Shown here one piece after another: positions 1 to 13,816 of a stretch of 64,000 bases of DNA. Source of the DNA: Octopus vulgaris. Its lineage: Eukaryota. The position numbers and the translations under genes were made by a program. The notes below the pieces were generated by a model, which was not told the DNA's origin, ran no database searches, and was given only the letters and a program-made list of their open reading frames with translations. The DNA is taken from assembly GCA_951406725.2 (NCBI GenBank), contig OX597817.1, forward strand, positions 162,192,001-162,256,000. The letters are read 5' to 3'. Positions within the stretch are counted from its first letter, which is position 1, and every line of letters begins with the position of its first letter.

Positions 1-584
1 TATATATATGTGTGTGTGTGTGTGTGTGTATGTGTGTGTGTGTGTATATATTTATTTTTTATTTATTTTTTATTTATTTATTTATCACTCATAATGTGTG
101 TGTGTGTGTGTGTTACTGAAGATATATGAGAAACTGTGCATGCGTGTTCTGGTGTATTCGAGTCAATGTTACACCATATATGTATGTGTTAATGTACACA
201 CACGCACACAAACACACACATAAACACACACATACGCGTGCTCAATGTGTGTGTGTGTGTGTGTACGTGTGCGTGTTTCTCTGTAGTATACAGCAATATA
301 TATATATATACACATCTATGGTAACGCATCCAAAATACACATAACATCTCCACCCCTCAGGCCTTGTGTGCATAGAACTGTGACGTGACTTCCTGTGTGG
401 AATTAATTAGCTGCAAATTATAACACCCGGCTTTTCTGACTACCTTATCCACTGTGTAAAATCGTTATCTACGGTGGTATCTCGACTCCTCTTAAAGGCC
501 TTGACCTCCTTCTAGTTTCATCTCTTAACCCAGCCTTTCTTTCTTTCTTTTTCCTCTTTTTTTTTCCTTTGCCCATCCCTCGTA

Positions 585-727
585 TGTACAACCACATTTC
601 CGTCTCACAACCTCGACGAAACAGCGAGGTGGTGACTCTCTATTGCAGTCACTTGGTTCTTCTAGAAATAACAGCCAGACCTCCCTCGTATGATACTCTG
701 CCATTTTAAAACGAGGACATATTCAAT
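585..727 (+). repeat. Direct repeat copy 1 (~140 bp; copy 2 at 1869-2011)
   Basis: acatttccgtctcacaacctcgacg...gacatattcaat recurs at offset 1284 with only a few substitutions. Confidence 0.95.
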
Positions 728-1868
728 CTCTCTATATATAAAGCTGAAGTTGTCTGTGAATGGCAGGTTTGGTAGCCTTCAACTAATACTATTTCCTCCG
801 AGACCCTGCGGCGCAAGTTGACCAAAGTTGAGAGTATGATAGAAGAAGGCTTGCTCTTCCTTCCGTAGAAGAAAAAATTTAAATCGGACCATGTTAACAC
901 CAAAAATTATTTACATCAAAAAGGTGCTTTTTTTTCTATGAAAATCCTTATTTTTTAAGATTTTTTGACTGCTGTGTCGCCATTTTTCGGTGTATTTCAA
1001 CCAGAAAAATGTTCACTTAAAGAGAATAACAAGCTAGATGATGCAACATTTTTACTTTTCGAAAATTCTGCTAGTATAAAATATAGTTCTCGATATACAA
1101 CGTCTGAGAAAATAAGTTGGGGTCCCGTTGATTATAGGTCTACTCCCGAGGCGTTCAGTAACAGACCATCGTAAGCGTCACAACTTAAAAACCGAGAAAA
1201 ACGCTAAGTTTCGCGACTTTCAGAATTCGATATCTCGGCAAGGGAAGAAGTTAGGAAGCTGGTTTTGGTCTTAAAATAACTGTGAAGACCTCCTCTAATC
1301 ATCCCACCTATGTAAAATTATCTATTTATGTATGCATCTGAAAGATGAAACAATGACTGCGTCTTTCTCATTTTGCACAAAATACCGGTACTACGAAACG
1401 GTGTATTGCATTGCATATTTTAGCCATAATACCTAGGAAAAAAATATACAGAAACCTCCCAGAGGTATTGTTTGTGTTTTAGTATACCAAGGTAAATATC
1501 TTTAAGAGGTAAGTAAGACAAGATAGTAAGATAATAGCCCATTATCGTTATGATGGTAATGAGTAGTATTAGAAAATGAGCCATAACACCTCGAAAAATG
1601 ATACAGGGACCACACCGAAGTTATTGATTGAGCGTGTGCGCTTACGATGGTGTGTTACTAAACTCTCTGGTCCGAGTTTGGTTGAGCGAGTGTCGTGTCA
1701 GTAGCGTCGAGGTATAATTTTTTCCAGCCGGATTTTCGACCTTATTGCAAGCCTCACCGGTTCTTTCTCCAAAACTCTTTCGGATTCTAGACGTCGAGAC
1801 AAAGAAAATGAAGTACTAACCTCGAAAATGGTCGGGTTGGCGCTTACGATACTCTGTTACTAAACGCC
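727..1868 (+). mobile_element. Non-autonomous Helitron-like element, 5' part (no 3' CTAG seen)
   Basis: A|TCTCTCTATATATAAAG 5' end like the other Helitrons here; internal subrepeats (cgcttacgat..gttactaaac at ~1640 and ~1841, inverted at ~1153); ttcaaccagaaaaatg shared with the Helitron 3' fragment at 54101. Confidence 0.6.
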
Positions 1869-2011
1869 TGTACATATACATTTCCGTCTCACAACCTCGA
1901 CGAAACAGCGAGGTGGTGACTCTCTTTTGCGGTCACTTGGTTCTTCTAGAAATAACAGCCAGCCCTCCCTTGTATGATACTCTGCCATTTTAAAACGAGT
2001 ACATATTCAAT
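1869..2011 (+). repeat. Direct repeat copy 2
   Basis: Matches 585-727 and continues uninterrupted as attcaa|taaaaaatg. Confidence 0.95.
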
Positions 2012-3283
2012 AAAAAATGTAGTCCTCGATATACAAATTTTGAAAAAATAGGTTGGGGTATCTTTAGACCCAGATGAAACTGGGGCTAAAGGTCCTGATG
2101 TTACGAGAAATCGCACTCTACCACCTTAATAAAGAAGGTTACATTAAACAGTTTACTTATAGATATACGAAATCGGAATGGTTATGCCTGAAAAGCCTTT
2201 GATAATAGTCTACTGGATCGGGGTTGGTTTGGGGCTGGGCTTTTAGCAGTATTTCATCCCTCCAGTCGAGTAAACCAGAGCACTAGGACCTATTGTGTTT
2301 ATTTATTGATAACATAGTCACAGCATACAAAGTTTAGTATTGCGGCTCCAGATCTTTGACGCCATCAGACGACTGCTTCGTGTGTCCATATCTTAAGGCA
2401 GCACCACTTACAACTCATGTCAACGAGGGAGCCTTTATGCAGTCCCTCGACCTGACAGAAATAACAGCCAAATCATTCTTAAATCACACACGCACGCACA
2501 ACTGACTCAAAAATGGGGTTGCACACGTTGGATAATCCAGCTTGAAACGCTTAGTTGATGGATTTAGGCTGATAAACCAGTAGCGCAGCTAGGGAAGGCT
2601 GATGGAGCGCTTCGTCCCGGGTGACTCTTGGGTTTGCTGTATAAACCTGTATGGCCGGAGTGGGGGAGCGAGAGTGGAAAACTCAAGGGCTGCCGCGAAT
2701 GGCACATACACTCTAACGACACCACAATGATAAACCTTCAAGCGTTAATTTACTCACAGTTGTATAAAAGAATATTGCTTTCAACAGCTGAAAGGAGCCA
2801 TCCACCCTCAAAAACTGGGTGAGAGTTTACTCAACACTGCAAGGCTAGCAAAACTCAGTTGAAATCCACACTTAAGTATTCTTCCTGCAACTAGAATGGT
2901 GCTATTGTTACAGACACAAATCACCCAAACCGAATCCCAAAAAGGACTCGTTAACTGATTGACATGAAATTGTTCGCAATTGTGTTATATTTTTTGTCGC
3001 GGAATGAGACGATTGGGCGCAGCTGCTTAGACGCTGACGATTTGGCACGGCTTCTGGACATTGAACCTGTTTTGACGACTGTAGTATTTGACAGTAAAGG
3101 CAAACATTCGTACACGCGCACGCGCATAGACACACTAGCTCGCATACAAACACACACGCACAGACAGACATATACATGTACAGGTAGGGTGAGAAAGAGG
3201 CATTTCAAGTAAGTACAAACATTACTACATGCTCACGCAAATAGAGAGAGCGACAGGGAGAGAAAGAGAGAGAGAGAGAAAGC

Positions 3284-3330
<47 letters not shown>

Positions 3331-4443
3331 GCAGATGGTTGGAAGTGAATGAGTCTTTATAGTAAAGATGCTAACTTGGACTTTACAGATCAATGCAAAT
3401 GCATAATTTTTCATCTTACGCCGTTGCATCCACTCGTCGAGCATAAACTAGAAAGCAGTCAGCTCTCACATTGCCGCATTATCAGTGACGTAGGTAGATG
3501 TGCGCCGTTCGGGACAGCTCTTGGGTTCTCCACCTCTCCCTCGAACTCCCAAAAGTGCATCTCCCATAAAAGGTCATCCGGATTTGACCGTCCCCTGCCC
3601 ACCGGACTCACCCTTAGCTACGCTACTGCGTACGGTGGCCAGTTTCCTTTCTATTCACCTTATGCTCTGACTCACCGGTTTCAGCTCAACTCAACATCTT
3701 CTGTAACCTCCACTTTCTACAGTCGAACCTCGTAACGCTTCAATGTTACTCCAGTTTCTGCTCTTTTCTTTCAAAAGAACAAAATTTACCTGAACTTCTA
3801 ACAAGAGTTCCTTATTTTTGAATTCACGCCCAGCCTGCAACCAACACGTTCTCGCAATCCGATGCCATATATGCCCACTTCATCTCCGAAATGTACACTT
3901 CTACTGGGTGCTAAATCCGAAACATCGTAACCTACCACTTCAAACATCTCCTCTAACTTATACTGCATCATACACAGACGCTGCAATGGCAAGGCGGGTC
4001 GACTTTAAGGTACCCGGGTTCGTGAATGTCTCCTCCACGCTCCTAACAATGCCCAAGACCCCTTAAACTTGGCGACCATCACTTTAACTTGCACGGTCAC
4101 ACAACAGAACGCCTCTCAGTTAGACCCTTGTAGAGGCGGGGAAAGCGCTTCATCTGCATTTTAGAACCCCTCCTTAGTAAGGTATGAATATATGTCACGG
4201 CTTCCTATTATGCTTCAGCCCCACTCCTCAAACTTCCCACCCATGTCCTCTTCCTTTCTGTTCTTTCAATTAAGAATATAATTGTGTGTTTTTGTGTGTG
4301 TGTGTACGTTGTGTGTGTGTGTGTGCGTGTGTGTGTGTGTGTCTATGCATCTATGTATGTATCTATGTATATCTGTGTATATGTATGCATGTATATGTAT
4401 GTGGATATGTATAAAGATACTTACGTATCTGATACTTGTGTCC

Positions 4444-4486
<43 letters not shown>

Positions 4487-4488
<2 letters not shown>

Positions 4489-4857
4489 CGGCAGTTTGTC
4501 TGTGTGTGTTTCTGTGTGTCTGTTTGCTTGTACCCTCACCCTGACCACGGCTTTCAATCGATTCTGATGAAACTTGACACACACATAGCCCAATGTCATA
4601 ATTCAAAACTAACGCAGCGAAAATTTTGAAAAGTTCCCCCAGTTCTGAAAAAATCGATAAATTCGACATGGGGTCGAGAATCAGAAACACAAACCACAGA
4701 CTGTCTAGGGGGACGCAACTCCACCTTTTTAACTCTCAAAAATAAATTTACCATAATTTTTTTTCCATTTTTTTGCTATTTTTTGGCTATAACTCTCTAA
4801 AAATGCTTTATAGTTATTTCCCTTACAAACCCGAGCAACGCCGGGCGATACTGCTAG
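4487..4857 (+). mobile_element. Non-autonomous Helitron (family H1)
   Basis: 3' hairpin cccgagcaacgccggg followed by CTAG|T; near-identical copy at 31274-31657(-); flanked by (TA)n. Confidence 0.85.
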
Positions 4858-4877
4858 TATATATATATATATACATA

Positions 4878-4965
<88 letters not shown>

Positions 4966-4999
4966 TATATATATATATGTATATGCATATATATATATA

Positions 5000-5095
<96 letters not shown>
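4858..5095. repeat. (TA)n/(TG)n compound microsatellite
   Basis: Direct inspection; representative of dozens of such tracts in the window. Confidence 0.98.
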
Positions 5096-5097
<2 letters not shown>

Positions 5098-5426
5098 CAT
5101 TACTACTGGCTAAATAATTCGACCAGTCTAATTTCAGAATATTCTGACTGTTTTCATACTCAGCTTTCCCGAGTGTATTTGCTCTTGGTCTCCGACGCCT
5201 TCAAATTACTGACCCTTTAGTTCTAACTTCATCTTTTCCTGTTGCTTTACACTTGCCAATGACTCTTTCTGCCTCCTCTCTCCAATCTTTAGCTTCATCC
5301 CCTTTCTTTCACCTCATGCCACATTTCACTTACCATTCCCCCCCCCTTCCCTTGATTCTACACTTTACTCCTGCAATCCTTAAATTTTCTTTGTTTATTT
5401 TCCGCACAACAAAGCAACAACACAGT

Positions 5427-5608
5427 GTAGGCGCAATGGCCCAGTGGTTAGGGCAGCGGACTCGCGGTCGTAAGAGCGCGGTTTCGATTCCCAAGGCATT
5501 GTGAGTGTTTATTGAGCAAAAATACCTAAGCTCCACGAGGCTCCGGCGGGTCGGGGTGAATCCCTCTGTATTCTTTCACCGCAACTTTCTCTCACTCTTT
5601 CTTCCTAC
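5427..5608 (+). mobile_element. tRNA-derived SINE group C (resembles octopus OR-type SINEs), 5' fragment
   Basis: ggcgcaatggcccagtggttagggcagcggactcgcgg..ggtttcgattccc A/B boxes; matches 54305 and 61398 copies. Confidence 0.85.
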
Positions 5609-6769
5609 TTTTGCCACAAAGCAGAGGAACCATGATGTAACCCACTATGGTGTGGTAAACTTTCAGACTCTAGTCTTGATTGCGAATTCTCTGTACCCCA
5701 GGATGGTTCAGCTCTCCACCCGTTAAAAGCCACCGTTTACGGAATGAGGATAACAACGTAGCTTTCGCATCCGTGCAACCGCCAGTCTATCGCGTGTGGT
5801 GGGTGGATCTTCAAGTTGTCACACGCATTCTTAGTAGCTTAGAGTAGGCTCGAATTAGAGATTATTCTTTGTGGCTAAAGGAGTGAGCCCTGATTGGAAG
5901 AAGTAGAAGAAGAAGCAACCACACATCTCTCTTCCCCCACTCCCCACTCTCTCCCTTTTCTCTCTCTCTCTTCCTCTCCCTTTCTCTCTCTCCTCCCTCA
6001 AACTTTCTTCCTATCTCCCTCCCTATCTCCTTTTCTCCCTCTCACACTCTCTGCTCTCTGTCTCTCCCTCTCTCGGAAACGAAGAGTAACTACACGAAGA
6101 GTTAATTCCTCCACTTCTCATATCGACTAAACATCTAAGAACTCTTCTACAGAATATTGTTGCCAACAAAAAACCACCACCAGTTTTCCTTTATTTACAG
6201 GTTTTAGTGAATTAATCCTGCATAAAAAAGGAACAGGCATATTAGATGCACTCCGATTTCAGCAGCGCATATCCAAAAGAAAAAAGATTTTAGGGCCTTA
6301 GAACTTATGGGAGACCCAACTTCGCATATAGGATCCAGGGTTACTTTTTGAGACATCTTTTGTTGGTTAATATAGTTCAAGGGTAATTGTACCCGAGAAA
6401 AAGGCAGAATGGTTACAGCTGGACTGTTTTTTTATCATGAGCTTGCTCCTTCAGAGCTATTCTTTGGGCTCAGGACAAACATTTGAGTGCTGGGGATGCT
6501 GTTATACTCGGTCTCCGAATGCTAGAAGCAATATCTCATCAGGCGGTAAAGAAGCTCTGTAAGTATTTCGGTGCCCTCTACCGTAACACCAGAGCTGCCC
6601 GGGGTCGACCCCCAATGTAGACGGCAAAATTCCCATACAGCCGCACGAATTCTGATGAGTCAGATGATGCTAGCTGTTTCTACCATCCACAATGTTAGTT
6701 CTTCATACATCGCCCATTTTTTTCTCTTGAGCGAGATAAATGGCAAGCTTTATGCTTTCTCAGTAATTT

Positions 6770-6973
6770 TCTCTTTTTACTTACTTGTTGCAGTCATTTG
6801 ACTGCGGCCATGCTGGAGCACCGCCTTTAGTCGAGCAAATCGACCCCAGGACTTATTCTTTGTAAGCTTAGTACTTATTCTATCGGTCTCTTTTGCCGAA
6901 CCGTTAACTTACGGGGACGCAAACACACCATCATCAGTTGTCAAGCGATGTTGGGGGGACAAACACAGACACA

Positions 6974-7034
<61 letters not shown>

Positions 7035-7199
7035 GGGACGGGCTTCTTTCAGTTTCCGTCGACCAAATCCACTCACAAGGCTTTGGTCGGCCCAAGGCTA
7101 TAGTAGAAGACACTTGCGCAAGGTGCCACGCAGTGGGACTGAACCCGGAACCATGTGGTTTGTAAGCAAGCTACTTACCACACAGCCTCTCCTGCGCCT
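6770..7199 (-). mobile_element. SINE group A (tRNA head, CORE-like accttgggcaagt, internal TA/TG tract, CR1-group LINE-like tail)
   Basis: Full-length match to >15 other copies or fragments in the window. Confidence 0.9.
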
Positions 7200-8561
7200 G
7201 TTGTAGACTTTTATATCAGATCAGATAAAAAACGTTTTCGTGATAAACATGTAAGCCCGTGTTTCCTAATTCATGATCGAGCGGTCGATGCCTATAGCAA
7301 CAACGCAACTCACTCTAGGATGACTCACTGGTGTGTGTAGAATAAATGGAAACCCTAGCAGGCAAAAGATAAATATCTGCAAAGGTCGAGTAACTGAACA
7401 GGGAGGGGCAAAAGCCATCAACCAAACCTACAAAAGAGACAGGACCTTATTGGGGGTTTTGAGTCCAACATTGCTGGCTCTCTTGGAAAATCGTGCACCT
7501 GCTTGTCCCTCTCAGTCGTACTGAGCTAACTTTTTCTCAGAGCCAGAGTTATCCAGACGAAGACGTGAGAAGGCCCTTCATATGTGTTAGGCACATTCGA
7601 GGAGGTTTAGATCAGTCTTGGCCCTTGAGTTTGCCACCCCCTGGCCCATAAACCTATGCAGAAAGTACTTCCTCATAAAAACATCGCCTGAGGTCCTCTA
7701 CATATGCTAGTGGTTTTGGCTTAGATTATTATCGTCTCGCCTTATTTGCTGATGATGGAAGGTGATCTTGTCACATTGTCGGAGACGTATGCCATTTATA
7801 GGAGAGTTTGCAGATGAGTTTAGTGAGTTGATTTACCACAAGGAGTAAAAGAGTCGAACGATTGAAGAACTTGTGAAACGTTAGAATCTGAGAGAGAATA
7901 TATAAACGCTTTGTCACTTGGATTGCAAGAATTCGTGTGAAAAAGAAATATATTAAAGGAGTGATAGAAGAAAGAGAAAATTTACTGAGCGTGGGTGGGA
8001 GTGCTGCGCAGTGTCAATAATGGCAGGAGAAAATCCAGAGTTATTGGTGGTGGGTATAAGAGACAGAACTGGTTACAAGATGGCTATAATTTGAAACTGA
8101 AAGGGACGGTGAGGACCAGGTTAAGTGACATGGGAGAGCATTAAGAAATCAAGACAAAGGAAGGAAATGGACCAAAGGATAATCACACACACACAATTAC
8201 ACAATTCTATTTATAGGATACACTTAATTTCAGTAGAAACACGTGACAGTGTATCCCATTACCCAAAAGGGGAACTGTTTTTGTTGTTGCATCTTCCAAC
8301 ATTTCAGAAGTCGAGAACGTCGTCTGCGGCGTCCACTCAGCATCTCCCGGGAATTACCAATGCAGCTTCACATAGAAACAGATCAATTTGAAACATGCTC
8401 TCCTAATCTACACACAACTGCAGAAAGAGAGTATTGTGGTTTAGCCCCGAACTACGTATGATCGAATTCGTTTCTGATCAAACACATTCCATGGTGATTC
8501 CACATTATTTTCAAGTAGTGTGTATCTAGGATTACATTATCTTTAAATCTCTTACACCCCC

Positions 8562-8618
<57 letters not shown>

Positions 8619-8784
8619 TCTTCTCTCGTAGGAAATAATTCTTAATTTACTGGATTTATCTTCCTTGTTTTCTATATACTAATCAGAGTGTTATTTGTCA
8701 TATGACTGGAAATTTTGGTAGCATACATTTCTCACTAATTGATTATCAATAATTGATTATCAATTAACTAATATTATCATTAAT

Positions 8785-8985
8785 ATAGGTTTCAAACTTT
8801 GGCATAAGGCCAGCAATTTCGGGGGAGGGGGTAAGTCGATTACATTGTCCCCAGTACTCTTTGATCCCGAAAGGGTGAAAGGCAAAGTCGACCACAGCGA
8901 AATTTGAACTGAGAACGTAAAGACGGACGAAATTACGCCAAGCATTTTGTCTGGTATGCTAACGATTCAACCAACTCACTGCCTT
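8785..8985 (-). mobile_element. SINE group B, older subfamily (old tail ..ggccttgtgccaaa.tttgaaacc)
   Basis: gtcgactttgcctttca.cctttcggg core motif; diverged. Confidence 0.75.
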
Positions 8986-9078
8986 AGTATTATCATTAAT
9001 ATTAGCAACATTTCTTCCTTGCCTTTCCGTTTCTTCTCAACCACTTTTCCTATTTTTCACTCCTCCTATGCTTTTCTC

Positions 9079-9106
9079 TTGATGAAGGACCAACGTCCGA
9101 AAAGTT
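9079..9106 (+). ncRNA. Degenerate minimal hammerhead ribozyme
   Basis: ttgatga-a-ggac(caac)gtcc-gaaa-agtt; perfect 4-bp stem II, C3 and stem I degraded. Confidence 0.5.
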
Positions 9107-9213
9107 AATACGCTTTCCGTTCCATATTTGAAGCATTGAACTGATACGATATTTGTTAAAACTTGCCTTTCTTCTGTTGCATTTTTCCCTTTTTGTATAT
9201 TACAGCACATACT

Positions 9214-9260
<47 letters not shown>

Positions 9261-9953
9261 TATTATAGCTTCAGCTACTTTAATTTCGACCGATAAAAAC
9301 GAATTATTTTACCATTCTCTAACTCACCTGTAAACAACATATATGAGCGCACACGAGTGTGTGCATGAATGTATGTATGTATGTATGTATGTATGAAGAT
9401 ATGCATGTATATATTATCTGTCCACCTATATTATACATGTGTGTGCGCGTGTGTGCACATGGTGTATATATGTATATATTTGTGTGCGTTTATGAAGGTT
9501 TATATGTATATATCATCTATCCATCTAGCTGCATATATAAATATAAACGTCAGTCTATATGTGTGTTGTTGTTATATTTCCTGAGGTCAAACCTGATCAA
9601 ACAAACTTAACATCAAAGATGTTCCATAATGTTCCATGATCGTTCGTCATTTTATTTTTTAGCCGCCATATTGTATCTAGAACTATAGCATCCAATGTGT
9701 CCTCGCAACCATTTGTTAAAACTATTCTGTTGTGATTTTAGAGAGATTTGTTTCCTGCTTCTAGTGGGTCAAGTGGCTACGTAGAATCACCGTTTTTCTG
9801 TATGTATGCCAGTTTAAGAACGTACGTGCGTGAGTACATATGTATATTATGCATGTATGTAATTCAGATATTGGTTTGTATATGTGTATGTAGGCAGGTT
9901 AGTGTAACATATGTATATATGTAGTTTTGTATATAGGTAGGTAGGGGGAGGTT

Positions 9954-9985
<32 letters not shown>

Positions 9986-10042
9986 TGTATGTATGTATGT
10001 ATGTATGTATGTATGTATGTATGTATGTATGTATGTATGTAT

Positions 10043-10260
10043 GGTGTTCAAATTTACAGAAAACAAAAGACGAAGACAGGTCAAGGAACAACAAGCAGGT
10101 GTATTAGTTTGATGCTCGGGAAGAATGAAAAAATCTTTGACGTTTCGAGCCTACGCTCTTCAGCAGAAAGGGTTGAGAAGAAAAAAATGGAGAAAGAACG
10201 GGGAAAAAAACAGAGAGAGAGAAAAACTGTGTTGTGATTAACGGTTCATCATGATGAAAT
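10043..10260 (-). mobile_element. Short non-autonomous HHR-bearing element (PLE-terminus-like)
   Basis: Same ~200-bp family as 22017, 35065, 55445; 3' end abuts (TACA)n. Confidence 0.75.
10135..10170 (-). ncRNA. Minimal type-I hammerhead ribozyme (A6 variant)
   Basis: cttt-CTGCTGA-a-gagc(gtag)gctc-GAAA-cg-TC-aaag: stem I cttt/aaag, palindromic stem III ACGT, GUC cleavage triplet. Confidence 0.7.
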
Positions 10261-10264
10261 AACC

Positions 10265-10677
10265 TTTTACTCTTTTTTTTTCTCTTTTACTTGTTTCAGT
10301 CATTTGACTGCGGCCATGCTGGAGCACCGCCTTTAGTCAAGCAAATCGACCCCGGGACTTATACTTTGTAAGCCCAGTACTTATTTTATCGGTCTCTTTT
10401 GCCGAACCGCTAAGTGACGGGGGCATAAACACACCAGCATCGGTTGTCAAGCAATGCTAGGGGGACAAACACAGACACACAAATACACACACATATATAT
10501 ATATACATATATACGACAGGATTCTTTCAGTTTCCGTCTACCAAATCCACTCACAAGACATTGGTCGGCCCGGGGCTATAGCAGAAGACACTTGCCCAAG
10601 ATGCCACGCAGTGGGACTGAACCCGGAACCATGTGGTTGGTTAGCAAGCTACTTACCATACAGCCACTCCTGCACCT
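10265..10677 (-). mobile_element. SINE group A
   Basis: Full-length family match. Confidence 0.9.
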
Positions 10678-11061
10678 GTAGAAAGTTTGTATGTATGTAT
10701 CGAAGGGACAGTTGATTCCACAACAGAGAATACTGTTTCTTTCTTGTGGTCACACACAATATCTTATTAAATAGGAATCAGACGGGTCAATAAGCAAAAA
10801 ATGGTTGAGGAACGCTGATTTGGATCCACCAATGTTCTTCTTTCTTTTGACCTATCGATCTAATTTTCAACATAGTCAACTTCATCTGTGTATGTATGTA
10901 TGTATGTATGTATGTATGTATTATGTATGTATGTATGTATGTATGTTTGTATGTATGTATGTAGTCAAATCGAATAATCGAACATTAAAAATAACAGTAA
11001 CAAACAACAAGACGACGTACACAAGGAATGTATTTGTTCGACGCTCGATATAAAAAGAGAG

Positions 11062-11097
11062 TTTTTGATGTTTCGAATACAGCTCTTCATCAGAAAG
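11062..11097 (-). ncRNA. Minimal hammerhead ribozyme with canonical CUGAUGA core
   Basis: ttt-CTGATGA-a-gag(ctgta)ttc-GAAA-ca-TC-aaa inside a short element at ~10962-11160. Confidence 0.65.
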
Positions 11098-11286
11098 AAA
11101 AACGGAAAAGTCCAGAGAAGGAAAAATATCACCAAAAGCACGTGTGTAGTTACATAGCTGAATTGACCGGAGTATGTGTGTGTGTGTGTGTGTATGTATG
11201 TATGAATTGACCGGAGTATGTGTGTGTGTATGTATGTATGTATGTATGTATGTACGTACGTATCTCTGTCAGGCGTGAAAAAGGCT

Positions 11287-11656
11287 ATTCCTTATTTCTT
11301 TACTGCCCACAAGGGGCTACACAGAGAGAGGACAAACAAGGACAGACAAACGGATTAAGTCGATTACATCTACTCCAGTGCGTAACTGGTACTTATTTAA
11401 GACCTCGGCGGAATTTGAACTCAGAACGTAGTAGCAGACGAAATACCTATTTCTTTACTACCCACAAGGGGCTAAACACAAGGAACAAACAAGGACAGAC
11501 AAACGGATTAAGTCGATTATATCGACCCCAGTGCGTAACTGGTACTTATTTAATCGACCCCGAAAGGATGAAAGGCAAAGTCGGCCTTGGCGGAATTTGA
11601 ACTCAGAACGTAGCGGCAGACGAAATACCGGCGTGCTAACGATTCTGCCAGCTCGC
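11287..11656 (-). mobile_element. SINE group B, young (Tx1-like tail), dimer
   Basis: Two tails; junction aaagaaata|ggtatttcg at ~11447. Confidence 0.9.
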
Positions 11657-12189
11657 AATTCTGTGTATCGCTGTTTCTGTATGAGATGAGAAGAATCTGA
11701 AGAATTAAACGAAACGAGCATTGGAACTCTGTATATATGCTCAAGAATTACCCTAACTTTATAGAGATATCTAACTTTACTCAAATTCAGTTTTCAATTC
11801 GCGAGTAAAATCAATTCTTGTATTCAGCTCAAATACTGCAAAATCCACCTTTGCCATTCAGTTTTCAGAGTCAATAAAATAAAGTATCATTTAAATCAGT
11901 GGTTTTTAATCAGGGTTCATATGGCCCTTGAGGGTCAATATAAGATTAGGAGGGGGGGGGCATAAAACAAAATAGTGAACTGGGGACCCACAACAGTATT
12001 TTAAGGGTCCTTGAAAATTTTTTGTGTTAGGTATATGTATTGGTATGTATCGCTGTGTAAGAAACAGCTAGATTTCTTTCTCTAACATTTTTACATAGTT
12101 CAACCTATACAAGTGAATGTGTGAAAAGCGAAATAGGAATTTTTGAAGACATTTGTTTATAACTGGCTTTTAAACATCGATTATGCACT

Positions 12190-12420
12190 GGGGTCGATAT
12201 AATCGACTTAATCTGTTTTTCTCCTCTGTGTTTAGCCCCTTGTGGGTAGTAAAGAAATAGAAACAGGTATTTCGTCTGCCGCTACGTTCTGAGTTCAAAT
12301 TCCGCCGAGGTCGACTTTGCCTTTCATCCTTTCGGGGTCGATAAATTAGGTACCAGTTACGCACTTGTGTCGATATAATACCTTTGTCATTGTCTGTCCC
12401 CTCTGTGGGCAGTAAAGAAA
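12190..12420 (+). mobile_element. SINE group B fragments (nested)
   Basis: Tail followed by ggtatttcgtctgcc body. Confidence 0.85.
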
Positions 12421-13594
12421 TAAGAAAGACGTGCATAGATACAGATATGTACAACGGATTTCTTTCAGTTTCTGTTTACGAAATCCACTTGGCTCGAGTC
12501 TATATAAAAAGACACTTTACACAAGATGGCGCGCTATGGGAATGAACCCGAGATCACATGGTTGGGAAACAAGCTTCTTAACCACACAGCCACGCCTGTG
12601 CTTTCAATTCATTTCTTTCTCATCTCTGTCAGATTCCCCCCTTTTATTCTCTTACCAACCCCACCTTTGTTTTAAAATTTTCTGCTTGTTTACACATATT
12701 GACATCGTCTATTCACGCCACCTCTCTTCCCAATCTCCCTCAAGTTCTCGCTCTCTCCTACTTACCTTTGTTCTCCTTTACATTATCTATTTTTTTACTC
12801 TATATCACTTCCCCGCTTCCTTTAACTTTATTAACCTTTCACTTTTGCGTCACTCTCTGTATTTGTACCATTTCTCTCTCTTTCCACTTCAACATCTCTT
12901 TCTTTCATTTCCCTCTCACCCTTCTATTTATCCTATTCTACTCCTCTCTCTTTCACTCAATTTCCTTATTAATCCCTCTCACCCTTTCACTCTGTTCTCT
13001 ACTTAGATATATTATTACTCATACTCGCTCTATATCTCCTCTATCTTATCTGATGTTAATCAGTTTATTTGCGGGGAACCAAGGTTACGTCTGTCATTTC
13101 ACTTCACTCCCACCACTATTCTCTTTATACCATTCTCCAACCCTCATTATTTACCCTCGCTTTTCTACCTCCCACTCCCACAAACCATTCTCCCGCCTTT
13201 CTCCACGCTTCCCCCTTCAGCATCAATTTTTCTACTCTACCCACTACCTTTCTTTTTCATTCACATAGATGAAAAAATATAATCACTTTGTATAGGGCCT
13301 TCACACACATACAAATATATATATATGTGCGTGTGTGTGTGTATACATACACACACATATAGATATATACATACACACATATGTATATATAATATATATA
13401 TACATACATGTGTGTATATATACATATATTTATATAGATACATTAATATATGTACATACCTGTATATATATATATATATACATTTATTTATATATATATA
13501 TATTCATATCAATATTCATATATATATTATATACTACATACACAGAGACATGAGTGTGTGTGTTTGTGTGTGAGTAAGCACGTGTACTTACAAC

Positions 13595-13816
13595 AAATTT
13601 TCTTTTCTACTCTCGGTACAAAGCCCGAAATTTTGGGGGAGGGGCCAGTCGATTATATCGACTCCAGTACGTAACTGATACTTGATTTATCGACCCCCGA
13701 AAGGATGAAAGGCAAAGTCGACCTCAGCGGAATTTGAACTCAGAACGTAACGGTAGACGAAATACTGCTACGCATTTCGCCAGGCGTGCTAACGTTTCTG
13801 CCAGCTCGCCGCCTTA
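13595..13816 (-). mobile_element. SINE group B, old-type tail
   Basis: aaggcggcgagctggcagaaacgttagc head; gactggccc..cttgtaccgagagtagaaaag tail. Confidence 0.85.

Noticed and set aside
378-420. Cluster of CRE-, ETS- and homeodomain-like motifs
   Set aside because: Short motifs are expected by chance; no conservation data.
11220-11600. Recurrent peptides (..LIDPERMKGKVDLGGI; ..GLLSVSVYQIHSQGFGRPEAIVEDTCPRCHAVGLNPEPCG) suggesting a gene family
   Set aside because: These are SINE B and SINE A translations.
11897-12170. hAT/MITE-like ends (also ~2578-2726, ~53727, ~59460-59507)
   Set aside because: Only one plausible terminus or very decayed TIRs; boundaries unsupported.
12431-13272. Long F/S/L-rich ORFs that look membrane-like
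   Set aside because: CT-rich low-complexity DNA lacks stops by composition.
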